Shown: one piece after another, positions 34,001-49,540 of the stretch
Position numbering within the stretch: position 1 is the stretch's first letter
Layout of the letters: every line of letters begins with the position of its first letter
Assembly (NCBI GenBank): GCA_964016885.1
Contig: OZ024742.1
Span: forward strand, 182,218,001-182,282,000
Length of the DNA: 64,000 nucleotides
Direction of reading: 5' to 3'
Source: Eledone cirrhosa
Taxonomy: Eukaryota
The notes under the pieces: model-generated
The model's database searches: none
The model's input: the letters and a program-made list of their open reading frames with translations, nothing else
What the model was told of the DNA's origin: nothing
Program-made: the position numbers and the translations under genes

Positions 34001-37000
34001 AATAATAGAACCACATAACGATACTACAGAACTCTATAACTACAGAACAACAGAACAACACAAATATACTACAGAACTAAAGAACTCCAGAAAAACAGAA
34101 CCTCACAACTATACTACAGAACTACAGAACTACAGCCTAACACAACCACACAACGGTACTACAGAACTACTTAACTACAGCCCGACACAACCACTCAACT
34201 ATACTACAGAAGTATATAACTACAGATCAACACAACCACACAACTATACTACAGAACTATATAACTGCCGAACAATAAAACAACACAATAATAGTACAGA
34301 ACTCTATAACTACAGAACAACAGAACCACACAACAATACTAAAGAACTACAGAACTACAGAACAACACAACCACACAACTATACTAGGGAACTATATAAC
34401 TACAGAACTACACTACCACACAACTATACTACAGAACTATATAACTACAGAATAATAGAACCACATAACGATACTACAGAACTCTATAACTACAGAACAA
34501 CAGAACAACACAAATATACTACAGAACTAAAGAACTCCAGAAAAACAGAACCTCACAACTATACTACAGAACTACAGAACTACAGCCTAACACAACCACA
34601 CAACGGTACTACAGAACTACTTAACTACAGCCCGACACAACCACTCAACTATACTACAGAAGTATATAACTACAGATCAACACAACCACACAACTATACT
34701 ACAGAACTATATAACTGCCGAACAATAAAACAACACAATAATAGTACAGAACTCTATAACTACAACTCAACACATCCACACAACTATACTACAAAACTAC
34801 AGCCCAACACAACCACACAGCTATACAACAGAACTACAGAACTACAGAACAACACAACCACACAACTATACTACAGAACTATATAACTACAGAACAACAG
34901 AACCAAACAACTATAATACAGAACTATATAACTGCCGAACAATACAACCACACAATTATACTACATAACTACATACTAACTACCTAACACAACCACACAA
35001 CAATACTACAGCACTATATAACTACACAACAACACAACCACACAACTATACTACAGAACTACAGAACAACACAACCACACAATTATACTACAGAACAACA
35101 CAACCACACAATTATACTACAGAACAATACAACCACACAAGTATACTACAGAACTACATAACTACATCACAACACAACCACACAACTATAGTACATAACT
35201 ACATAACTACAGAACAACAGAACCACACAACTATACTACAGAATTACATAACTACATCCCAACAGTACCACATAACTATACTACAGAACTATATAACTTC
35301 AGAACAACACAACCACACAACTATACTACAGAACTACATACTAACAGCCAAACACAACCACAGAACGATGCTACATAACTACTTAACTACAGCCCGACAC
35401 AACCACATAAGTATACTACATAACTACATAATTACAGAACAACACAACCAACCAACTATACTACAGAACTACATAACTACAGAACAACACTAACACACAA
35501 TTATACTACAGAACTATACAACCATACAATTATACTACAGAATTATATAACTACAGAACAAGAGAACCACACAACTATACTACAGAACTAAAGAACTACA
35601 TAAAAACACAACCACACAACTATACTACAGAACTACAGAACTACAGAACAACACAACCTAACGACTAAACTACATAACTACATAACTTCAAAACAACACA
35701 TCCACACAACTATACTACAAAACTACAGCCCAACACAACCACACAGCTATACTACAGAACTACATAACTACAGAACAAAACAACCAAACAACTATACTAC
35801 ATAACTAAATAATTACAGATCAACACAACCACACAACTATACTACAAAACTACATAACTACATCCCAACACTACCACATAACTATACTACACAACTATAT
35901 AACTACAGATCAACACAACCACACAACTATACTACAGAAGTACATAGCTACAGAACAAAACAACCAAACAACTATACTACATAACTACATAACTACAGAA
36001 CAACACAACCACACAACTATACTACAGAACTACATAACTACAACCCAACACTACCACATAACTATACTACAGAACTATATAACTACAGAACAACACAACC
36101 ACACAACTATACTACAGAACTACATAACTACATCCCAACACAGCCACACAACTATACTACAGAACTATATAACTACAGGACAACACAACCACCCAAATAT
36201 ACTACAGAACTACATAACATCAGAAAAACTCAACAAAACAACTTTACTACAGAACTACAGCTCATCACTACCACACAACTATACTACAGAACTACAGCCC
36301 AACACAACCACACAACTATACCACCGCACTACAGAACAACACAACCACACAATTATAGTACATAATTACATAACTACAGAACACAACCACACACCTATAC
36401 TACAGAACTATATAACTAGAGAATAACACAACCACACAACTATATTTCAGAACTATATAAATACAGAACAATACAACGACACAACTATACTACAGAACTC
36501 CAGAACTACAGAACAACACTACCACACAACGATACTACCGAACTCTATAACTACAGAAAAACAGAACCACACAACTATACTACAGAACTAAAGAACTCCA
36601 GAAAAACACAACCAAACAACTATACTACAGAACTACAGCCTAACACAACCACTCAACTATACTACAGAACTATATAACTGCCGAACACTACAGCCACACA
36701 ACTATACTACAGAACTACAGAACTACAGCCTAACACAACCACACAACTATACTACAGAACTATATAACAGCCGAACAATACAACCACACAACTATACTAC
36801 AGAACTATATAACTACAGAACAACAGAACCACACAACAATAATAAAGAACTACAGAACTACAGAACAACACAACCACACAACTATACTAGGGAACTATAT
36901 AACTACAGAACTACACTACCACACAACTATACTACAGAACTATATAACTACAGAATAATAGAACCACATAACGATACTACAGAACTCTATAACTACAGAA

Positions 37001-38977
37001 CAACAGAACAACACAAATATACTACAGAACTAAAGAACTCCAGAAAAACAGAACCTCACAACTATACTACAGAACTACAGAACTACAGCCTAACACAACC
37101 ACACAACGGTACTACAGAACTACTTAACTACAGCCCGACACAACCACTCAACTATACTACAGAAGTATATAACTACAGATGAACACAACCACACAACTAT
37201 ACTACAGAACTATATAACTGCCGAACAATAAAACAACACAATAATAGTACAGAACTCTATAACTACAACTCAACACATCCACACAACTATACTACAAAAC
37301 TACAGCCCAACACAACCACACAGCTATACTACAGAACTACAGAACTACAGAACAACACAACCACACAACTATACTACAGAACTATATAACTACAGAACAA
37401 CAGAACCAAACAACTATAATACAGAACTATATAACTGCCGAACAATACAACCACACAATTATACTACATAACTACATACTAACTACCTAACACAACCACA
37501 CAACAATACTACAGCACTATATAACTACACAACAACACAACCACACAACTATACTACAGAACTACAGAACAACACAACCACACAATTATACTACAGAACA
37601 ACACAACCACACAATTATACTACAGAACAATACAACCACACAAGTATACTACAGAACTACATAACTACATCACAACACAACCACACAACTATAGTACATA
37701 ACTACATAACTACAGAACAACAGAACCACACAACTATACTACAGAATTACATAACTACATCCCAACAGTACCACATAACTATACTACAGAACTACATACT
37801 AACAGCCAAACACAACCACAGAACGATGCTACATAACTACTTAACTACAGCCCGACACAACCACATAAGTATACTACATAACTACATAATTACAGAACAA
37901 CACAACCAACCAACTATACTACAGAACTACATAACTACAGAACAACACTAACACACAATTATACTACAGAACTATACAACCATACAACTATACTACAGAA
38001 TTATATAACTACAGAACAAGAGAACCACACAACTATACTACAGAACTAAAGAACTACATAAAAACACAACCACACAACTATACTACAGAACTACAGAACT
38101 ACAGAACAACACAACCTAACGACTAAACTACATAACTACATAACTTCAAAACAACACAACCACACAGCTATACTACAGAACTACATAACTACAGAACAAA
38201 ACAACCAAACAACTATACTACATAACTAAATAATTACAGATCAACACAACCACACAACTATACTACATAACTACATAACTACATCCCAACACTACCACAT
38301 AACTATACTACAGAACTATATAACTACAGATCAACACAACCACACAACTATACTACAGAACTACATAGCTACAGAACAAAACAACCAAACAACTATACTA
38401 CATAACTACATAACTACAGAACAACACAACCACACAACTATACTACAGAACTACATAACTACAACCCAACACTACCACATAACTATACTACAGAACTATA
38501 TAACTACAGAACAACACAACCACACAACTATACTACAGAACTATATAACTACAGGACAACACAACCACCCATATATACTACAGAACTACATAACATCAGA
38601 AAAACTCAACAAAACAACTTTACTACAGAACTACAGCTCATCACTACCACACAACTATACTACAGAACTACAGCCCAACACAACCACACAACTATACCAC
38701 CGCACTACAGAACAACACAACCACACAATTATAGTACATAATTACATAACTACAGAACACAACCACACACCTATACTACAGAACTATATAACTAGAGAAT
38801 AACACAACCACACAACTATATTTCAGAACTATATAACTACAGAACAACAGAACCACACAACTATACTACAGAACTAAAGAACTCCAGAAAAACACAACCA
38901 AACAACTATACTACAGAACTACAGCCTAACACAACCACTCAACTATACTACAGAACTATATAACTGCCGAACACTAC
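22014..38977 (+). repeat. Near-identical ~8.4-8.5 kb tandem duplication (copy A ~22014-30540, copy B ~30541-38977)
   Basis: Rare markers recur at offset 8437: CACCGCAC 27885/36322 and 30261/38698; TAGGGAAC 25948/34385 and 28451/36888; identical ORFs 23789/32226. The offset is 8527 before a 90-bp indel (CACGCAG 22124/30651). Confidence 0.9.
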
Positions 38978-41900
38978 AACCACACAACTATACTACAGAA
39001 CTACAGAACTACAGCCTAACACAACCACACAACTATACTACAGAACTATATAACAGCCGAACAATACAACCACACAACTATACTACAGAACTATATAACT
39101 ACAGAACAACAGAACCACACAACTATACTACAGAACTATATAAGTACAGAACAACACAACCAAACAACTATACTACAGAACTATATAACTGCCGAACAAT
39201 ATAACCACGCAACTATACTACAAAACTACATACTAGCTGCCCAACACAACCACACAACGGTACTACAGAACTACTTAACTACAGCCCGACACAACCACAC
39301 AACTATACTACAGAGCTATATAACTATATAACTACAGAACAACACAACCACACAACTATACTACAGAACTACATAACTACATCCCAACACAGCCACACAA
39401 CTATACTACAGAACTATATAACTACAGGACAACACAACCACCCAAATATACTACAGAACTACATAACATCAGAAAAACTCAACAAAACAACTTTACTACA
39501 GAACTACAGCTCATCACTACCACACAACTATACTACAGAACTACAGCCCAACACAACCACACAACTATACCACCGCACTACAGAACAACACAACCACACA
39601 ATTATAGTACATAATTACATAACTACAGAACACAACCACACACCTATACTACAGAACTATATAACTAGAGAATAACACAACCACACAACTATATTTCAGA
39701 ACTATATAAATACAGAACAATACAACGACACAACTATACTACAGAACTCCAGAACTACAGAACAACACTACCACACAACGATACTACAGAACTCTATAAC
39801 TACAGAACAACAGAACCACACAACTATACTACAGAACTAAAGAACTCCAGAAAAACACAACCAAACAACTATACTACAGAACTACAGCCTAACACAACCA
39901 CTCAACTATACTACAGAACTATATAACTGCCGAACACTACAACCACACAACTATACTACAGAACTACAGAACTACAGCCTAACACAACCACACAACTATA
40001 CTACAGAACTATATAACAGCCGAACAATACAACCACACAACTATACTACAGAACTATATAACTACAGAACAACAGAACCACACAACAATACTAAAGAACT
40101 ACAGAACTACAGAACAACACAACCACACAACTATAATAGGGAACTATATAACTACAGAACTACACTACCACACAACTATACTACAGACCTATATAACTAC
40201 AGAATAATAGAACCACATAACGATACTACAGAACTCTATAACTACAGAACAACAGAACAACACAAATATACTACAGAACTAAAGAACTCCAGAAAAACAG
40301 AACCTCACAACTATACTACAGAACTACAGAACTACAGCCTAACACAACCACACAACGGTACTACAGAACTACTTAACTACAGCCCGACACAACCACTCAA
40401 CTATACTACAGAAGTATATAACTACAGATGAACACAACCACACAACTATACTACAGAACTATATAACTGCCGAACAATAAAACAACACAATAATAGTACA
40501 GAACTCTATAACTACAACTCAACACATCCACACAACTATACTACAAAACTACAGCCCAACACAACCACACAGCTATACTACAGAACTACTGAACTACAGA
40601 ACAACACAACCACACAACTATACTACAGAACTATATAACTACAGAACAACAGAACCAAACAACTATAATACAGAACTATATAACTGCCGAACAATACAAC
40701 CACACAATTATACTACATAACTACATACTAACTACCTAACACAACCACACAACAATACTACAGCACTATATAACTACACAACAACACAACCACACAACTA
40801 TACTACAGAACTACAGAACAACACAACCACACAATTATACTACAGAACAACACAACCACACAATTATACTACAGAACAATACAACCACACAAGTATACTA
40901 CAGAACTACATAACTACATCACAACACAACCACACAACTATAGTACATAACTACATAACTACAGAACAACAGAACCACACAACTATACTACAGAATTACA
41001 TAACTACATCCCAACAGTACCACATAACTATACTACAGAACTATATAACTTCAGAACAACACAACCACACAACTATACTACAGAACTACATACTAACAGC
41101 CAAACACAACCACAGAACGATGCTACATAACTACTTAACTCCAGCCCGACACAACCACATAAGTATACTACATAACTACATAATTACAGAACAACACAAC
41201 CAACCAACTACACTACAGAACTACATAACTACAGAACAACACTAACACACAATTATACTACAGAACTATACAACCATACAACTATACTACAGAATTATAT
41301 AACTACAGAACAAGAGAACCACACAACTATACTACAGAACTAAAGAACTACAGAAAAACACAACCACACAACTATACTACAGAACTACAGAACTACAGAA
41401 CAACACAACCTAACGACTAAACTACATAACTACATAACTTCAAAACAACACATCCACACAACTATACTACAAAACTACAGCCCAACACAACCACACAGCT
41501 ATACTACAGAACTACATAACTACAGAACAAAACAACCAAACAACTATACTACATAACTAAATAATTACAGATCAACACAACCACACAACTCTACTACATA
41601 ACTACATAACTACATCCCAACACTACCACATAACTATACTACAGAACTATATAACTACAGATCAACACAACCACACAACTATACTACAGAACTACATAGC
41701 TACAGAACAAAACAACCAAACAACTATACTACATAACTACATAACTACAGAACAACACAACCACACAACTATACTACAGAACTACATAACTACAACCCAA
41801 CACTACCACATAACTATACTACAGAACTATATAACTACAGAACAACACAACCACACAACTATACTACAGAACTACATAACTACATCCCAACACAGCCACA

Positions 41901-44900
41901 CAACTATACTACAGAACTATATAACTACAGGACAACACAACCACCCAAATATACTACAGAACTACATAACATCAGAAAAACTCAACAAAACAACTTTACT
42001 ACAGAACTACAGCTCATCACTACCACACAACTATACTACAGAACTATAGCCCAACACAACCACACAACTATACCACCGCACTACAGAACAACACAACCAC
42101 ACAATTATAGTACATAATTACATAACTACAGAACGCAACCACACACCTATACTACAGAACTATATAACTAGAGAATAACACAACCACACAACTATATTTC
42201 AGAACTATATAACTACAGAACAACAGAACCACACAACTATACTACAGAACTAAAGAACTCCAGAAAAACACAACCAAACAACTATACTACAGAACTACAG
42301 CCTAACACAACCACTCAACTATACTACAGAACTATATAACTGCCGAACACTACAACCACACAACTATACTACAGAACTACAGAACTACAGCCTAACACAA
42401 CCACACAACTATACTACAGAACTATATAACAGCCGAACAATACAACCACACAACTATACTACAGAACTATATAACTACAGAACAACAGAACCACACAACA
42501 ATACTAAAGAACTACAGAACTACAGAACAACACAACCACACAACTATACTAGGGAACTATATAACTACAAAACAATACAACCACAAAACTATACTACAAA
42601 CTATATAACTACAGAACAACAGAACCACACAACTATACTACAGAACTATATAAGTACAGAACAACACAACCAAACAACTATACTACAGAACTATATAACT
42701 GCCGAACAATATAACCACGCAACTATACTACAAAACTACATACTAGCTGCCCAACACAACCACACAACGGTACTACAGAACTACTTAACTACAGCCCGAC
42801 ACAACCACACAACTATACTACAGAGCTATATAACTATATAACTACAGAACAACACAACCACACAACTATACTACAGAACTACATAATTACAGAACAACAC
42901 AACCAAACAACTAAACTACATAACTACATAACTACGGAACAACACAATCACACAACTATACTACAGAACTAAATAACTACAGAACAACACAACCAAACAA
43001 CTATACTAGAGAACTATATAACTGAGGAGAAATACAAGCACACAACTATACTACAAAACTACATACTAACTGCCCAACACACCCACACAACGATACTACA
43101 GAACTACTTAACTACAGCCCGACACAACCACATAACTATACTACAGAACTATATAACTACAGAACAACACAACCACACAAATATACTACAGAACTACATC
43201 ATTACAGAACAACACAACCACACAACTAAACTACATAACTACGGAAGAACATAATCACACAACTATACTACAGTACTACATAACTACAGAACAATACAAC
43301 CACACATTTATACTACAGAACAATACAACCACACAACTATACTACAGAATTATATAACTACAGAACAAGAGAACAACACAACTATACTACAGAACTAAAG
43401 AACTACAGAACAACACAACCACACAACTCTATAAACAACTACATAACTACAGAACAACACACCCACACAATTATACTGCAGAACTACAGAACTACAGGAC
43501 AACACAACCACACAATAATACTACAGAACTAAAGATCTCCAGAAAAACACAACCACACAACTATACTCAGAACTATATAACTGGCGAACAATACAACCAC
43601 ATAACCATACTACGAAACTACATAATAACAGCCCAACACAACCACACAACGATGCTACATAACTACTTAACTACAGCCCGACACGACCACACATTTATAC
43701 TACAGAACTATATAACTACAGAACAACACAACCACACACCTATACTACAGAACTACATAACTACAGAACTACACAACTATACTGCAGAACTACAGAAGTA
43801 CAGAACTACAGAACAACACAACCCCACAACTAAACTACATAACTACATAATTACAGAACAACACAACCAACCAACTATACTACAGAACTACATAACTACA
43901 GAAAAACACAAACACACAATTATATTACAGAATTATACAACTACACAGCTATACTACAGAATTATATAACTACAGAACAAGAGAACCAGACAACTATACT
44001 ACAGAACTAAAGAACTACAGAACAACACAACCACACTATTATACTACACAGCTACATAACTAAAGAACAACACAACCATACAACTATACTGCAGAACTAC
44101 AGAGCTACAGAACAACACAACCCCACATTTATACTACAGAACTATATAACTACAGAACAACAGAACCAGACAACTATACTACAGAATTAAAGAACTACAG
44201 CGAAACACAACCACACAAGTATACTACAGAACTACATAACTAAAGCACAACACAACCACAAAACTATACTACAGAACTATATAACTACAGAACAACAGAA
44301 CCACACAACTATACTACAGAACTAAAGAACTACAGCGAAACACAACCACACAAGTATACTACAGAACTACAGAACTACAGCCTAACCCAACCACACAACT
44401 ATACTACAGAACTATATAACTGCCGAAAAATACAGACGCACAACTATACTACAGAACTATATAACTACAGAACAACACAACCACACAACTATACTACAGA
44501 ACTATATAACTACACAAAAAAATAACCACACAACTAAACTACAGAACTACATAACTACAGAACAACAGAACCACACAACTATATTACAGAACTTTATAAC
44601 TACAGAACAACACAATCACACAACTATACTACAGTACTACATAACTACAGAACAACACAACGACACAATTATACTACAGAACAATACAACCACACAACTA
44701 TACTACATAATTATATAAATACAGAACAAGAGAACCACACAACTATACTACAGAACTACAACCTAACACAACCACACAACTATACTACAGAACTATATAA
44801 CTGCTGAACAATACAACCACACAACTATACTACAGAACTATATAACTATAGAACAACAGAACCACACAACTATACTACACAACTACATACTAACACCCAA

Positions 44901-47900
44901 CACAACAACACAACGATACTACAGAACAACTTAACTACAGCCCGACACAACTATACTACAGAACTATATAACTACAGAACAACTCAACCACACAACTATA
45001 CTACCAAACTATATAACTTCCGAACAACACAACCACACAACTATATTATAGAACTATATAACTACAGAACAACACAACCACACAACTATACTACATTACA
45101 ACATAACTACAGAACACAACCAAACAACTATACTACAGAATTACATAACTACAGCTCAACACAACCACACAATTATACTACACAGCTACATGACTACAAG
45201 ACAACACAACCACACAACTATACTGCAGAACTACAGAACTACAGAAAAACACAACCACACAAGTATACTACAGAACTACATAACTACAGAACAACAGAAC
45301 CACACAACTATACTACAGAATTAGATAACTACAGAACAACAGAAACACACAACTATACTACAGAACTACATAACTACAGAACAACACAACCTCACAACTA
45401 TACTAAAGAACTACATAACTACAGAACAACACAACCACACAACTATACTGCAGAACTACAGAACTACAGAACAACACAACCACACAACTAAACTACATAA
45501 CTACATAATTACAGAACAACACAACCAACCAACTATACTACAGAACTACATAACTACAGAACAACACAAGCACACTATTATACTACAGAACTATACAACC
45601 ACACAGCTATACTACAGAATTATATAACTACAGAACAACAGAACCACACAACTATACTGCAGAACTACAGAACTGCAGAACAACAGAACCACACAACTAT
45701 ACTGCAGAACTACAGAACTTCAAAACAACACAACCACACAACTACACTACAGAACTAGAGAACTACATAACTACAGAACAACACAACCAAACAAATATAC
45801 TTCATAACTACATAACTACAGAACAACACAACCACACAACTATACTACTGAACTACACAAACATACACCTATACTACAGAACATTTAAATTCAAAACAAC
45901 ACAACCACACAATTATACTACAGAACTATATATCTACAGAACAACACAACCACACAACTATACTACAGAACTATACAACTGCCGAGCAATAAAACCACAC
46001 AACTATCCTACAGAACAACATAACTACAGAACAAAACGAAACAGCTATACTACAGAATTACATAACTACAGCTCAACACAACCACACAAATATACTACAA
46101 AACTACAGCCCAACACAACCACACAACGATACTACAGAACTACTTAACTACAGCCCGACACAACCACACAACTTTACTACAGAACTAAAGAACTGCAGAA
46201 CAACACAACCACATAACTATACTACGGAACTATATAACTACAGAACAACACAACCACACAACTATACTACAGAACTATATAACTACAGAACAACACAACC
46301 ACACAAGTATACTACAGAACTACAGAACTACAGCGTAACACAACCACACAAGTATACTACAGACCTACATAACTACAGCACAACACAACCACACAACTAT
46401 ACTACAGAACTACATAACTACAGAACAACAGAACCAAACAACTATACTACAGAACTACATAACTACATCCCACACACTACCACAAAACTATACTACAGAA
46501 CTACATAACTCCAGAAAAACACAACCACACAACTATACTACATAACTACAGCCTAACACAACCACACAACTATAATACAGAACTATATAACTGCCGAACA
46601 ATACAACCACACAACTATACTACAGAACTATTTAACTACAGAACAACAGAACCACACAACTATACTACAGAACTACATAACTACAGAACAACACAACCAC
46701 ACAACTATACTACACAACTACTTAACTACAGAACAACACAACCGCACAATTATACTACAGAACTACAGAACTACAGAACACAACCAGACAAATATACTAC
46801 AGCATTACATAAATATAGCTCAACACAACCACCCAAATATACTACAAAACTACAGCCCAACACAACCACACAACTATACTACAGAACTACAGAACAAAAC
46901 ACTAAACACAACTATACTACAGAACTATATAACTACAGAACAACAGAACCACACAACTATACTACAGAACTTTAGAACTTCAGAACAACACAACCACACA
47001 ACTCTACTACAGAACTATATAACTACAGAAGAACACAAACAGACATCTATAATACAGAACTATATAACTACAGAACAACACAACCACACAATTATACTAC
47101 AGAACAATACAACCACACAACTATACTACGTAACTAAAGAACTAGAGAACAACACAACCACACAACTATACTACACAACTAAATAACTACAGAACAACAC
47201 AACCACACAACTATACTGCAGAACTACAGAACAACACAACGACACAACTATACTACTGAACTACACAACAACCACACAACTATACGATAGAACTATATAA
47301 CTTCAAAACAACACAACCACACGACGATACTACAGAACTACATAACTAGTTGAACAACACAACCCCACAATTATGATACAGAACTATATATCTACATCAC
47401 AACACTACCACATAACTATACTACAGAACTACATAACTACAGAACAACACAACCACACAACTATACTGCAGAACTACAGAACTACAGAACAACACAACCA
47501 ACCAACTATACTACAGAACTATATAACTACAGAACAATACAACCAGACAAATATACTACAGAACTACATAACTACAGAAGAACAGAACCTCACAACTATA
47601 CTACAGAACTACAGAACTACAGAACAATACTACCACCCAGCGATACTACAGAACTCTATAACTACAGAACAACAGAACCACACAACTATACTACAGAACT
47701 AAATAACTACAGAACAACAGAACCACACAATTATTCTACAGAACTAAAGAACTCCAGAAAAGCACGACCACACAACGATACTACAGAACTACTTAACTAC
47801 AGCACAACACAACCACACAATAATACTACAGAACTATATAATTACAGAACAACACAACCACACAACTATACTACAGAACTGTATAACTACAGAACAACGC

Positions 47901-48599
47901 AACCACACAACTATTCTACAGAACAAAAGAACTCCAGAAAAGCACAACCACACTACAATACTACATAACTACGTACTAACTACTCAACACAACCACACAA
48001 CGATACTACAGAACTACTTAACTACAACCCGATACAACCACACAACAATACTACAGAACTATATAACTGCCGAACAATACAACCACACAACTATACTACA
48101 TAACTACCTACTAACTACTCAACACAACCACACAACGATACTACAGAACTACTTAACTACAACCCGATACAACCACACAACAATACTACAGAACTATATA
48201 ACTACAGAACAACACAACCACACAATTATACTACAGAACAATACAACCACACAACTATACTACATAACTAAAGAACTAGAGAACAACACAACCACACAAC
48301 TATACTACACAACTAAATAACTACAGAACAACACAACCACACAACTATACTGCAGAACTACAGTACTACAGAACAACACAACGACACAACTATACTACTG
48401 AAATACACAACCACACAACTATACGACAGAACTATATAACTTCAAAACAACACAACCACACAACTATACTACAGAACTACATAACTAGTTGAACAACACA
48501 AACCCACAATTATGATACAGAACTATATATCTACATCACAACACTACCACATACCTATACTACAGAACTACAGAGCAATACTACCACCCAACGATACTA

Positions 48600-49540
48600 C
48601 AGAACACTATAACTACAGAACAACAGAACCACACAACTATACTACAGAACTATATAACTACAGAACAACAGAACCACACAATTATTCTACAGAAGTAAAG
48701 AACTCCAGAAAAGCACGACCACACAACGATACTACAGAACTACTTAACTACAGCCCGACACATCCACACAATTATACTACAGAACTATATATCTACAGAA
48801 CAACACAACCACACAACTATACTACAGAACTATATAATTACAGAACAACACAACCACACAACTATTCTACAGAACTAAAGAACTCCAGAAAAGCACAACC
48901 ACACAACAATACTACAGAACTACTTAACTACAGCCCAACATAACCACACAATTATACTACAGAACTATATAATTACAGAACAACACAAACACACAACTAT
49001 ACTACAGAACTATATAACTACAGAACAACGCAACCACACAACTATTCTACAGAACAAAAGAACTCCAGAAAAGCACAACCACACAACAATACTACAGAAC
49101 TACTTAACTACAGCCCGACACATCCACACAATTATACTACAGAACTATATATCTACAGAACAACACAACCACACAACTATACTACGGAACTATATAATTA
49201 CAGAACAACACAACCACACAACTATTCTACAGAACTAAAGAACTCCAGAAAAGCACAACCACACAACAATACTACAGAACTAGTTAACTCCAGCCCAACA
49301 CAACCACACAGTTATACTACAGAACTATATAATTACAGAACAACACAACCACACAACTATACTACAGAACTATATAACTACAGAACAACACAACCACACA
49401 ACTATTCTACAAAACTAAAGAACTCCAGAAAAGCACAACCACACAACAATACTACAGAACTACTTAACTACAGCCCGACACATCCACACAATTATACTAC
49501 AGAACTATATATCTACAGAACAACACAACCACACAACTAT
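48600..49540 (+). repeat. 180-bp (4-monomer) higher-order repeat, five copies
   Basis: AACTCCAGAAAAGCAC occurs at 48701, 48881, 49061, 49241 and 49421. CATCCACACA recurs every 360 bp (48761, 49121, 49481). Three more copies lie at about 51290-51720. Confidence 0.88.
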
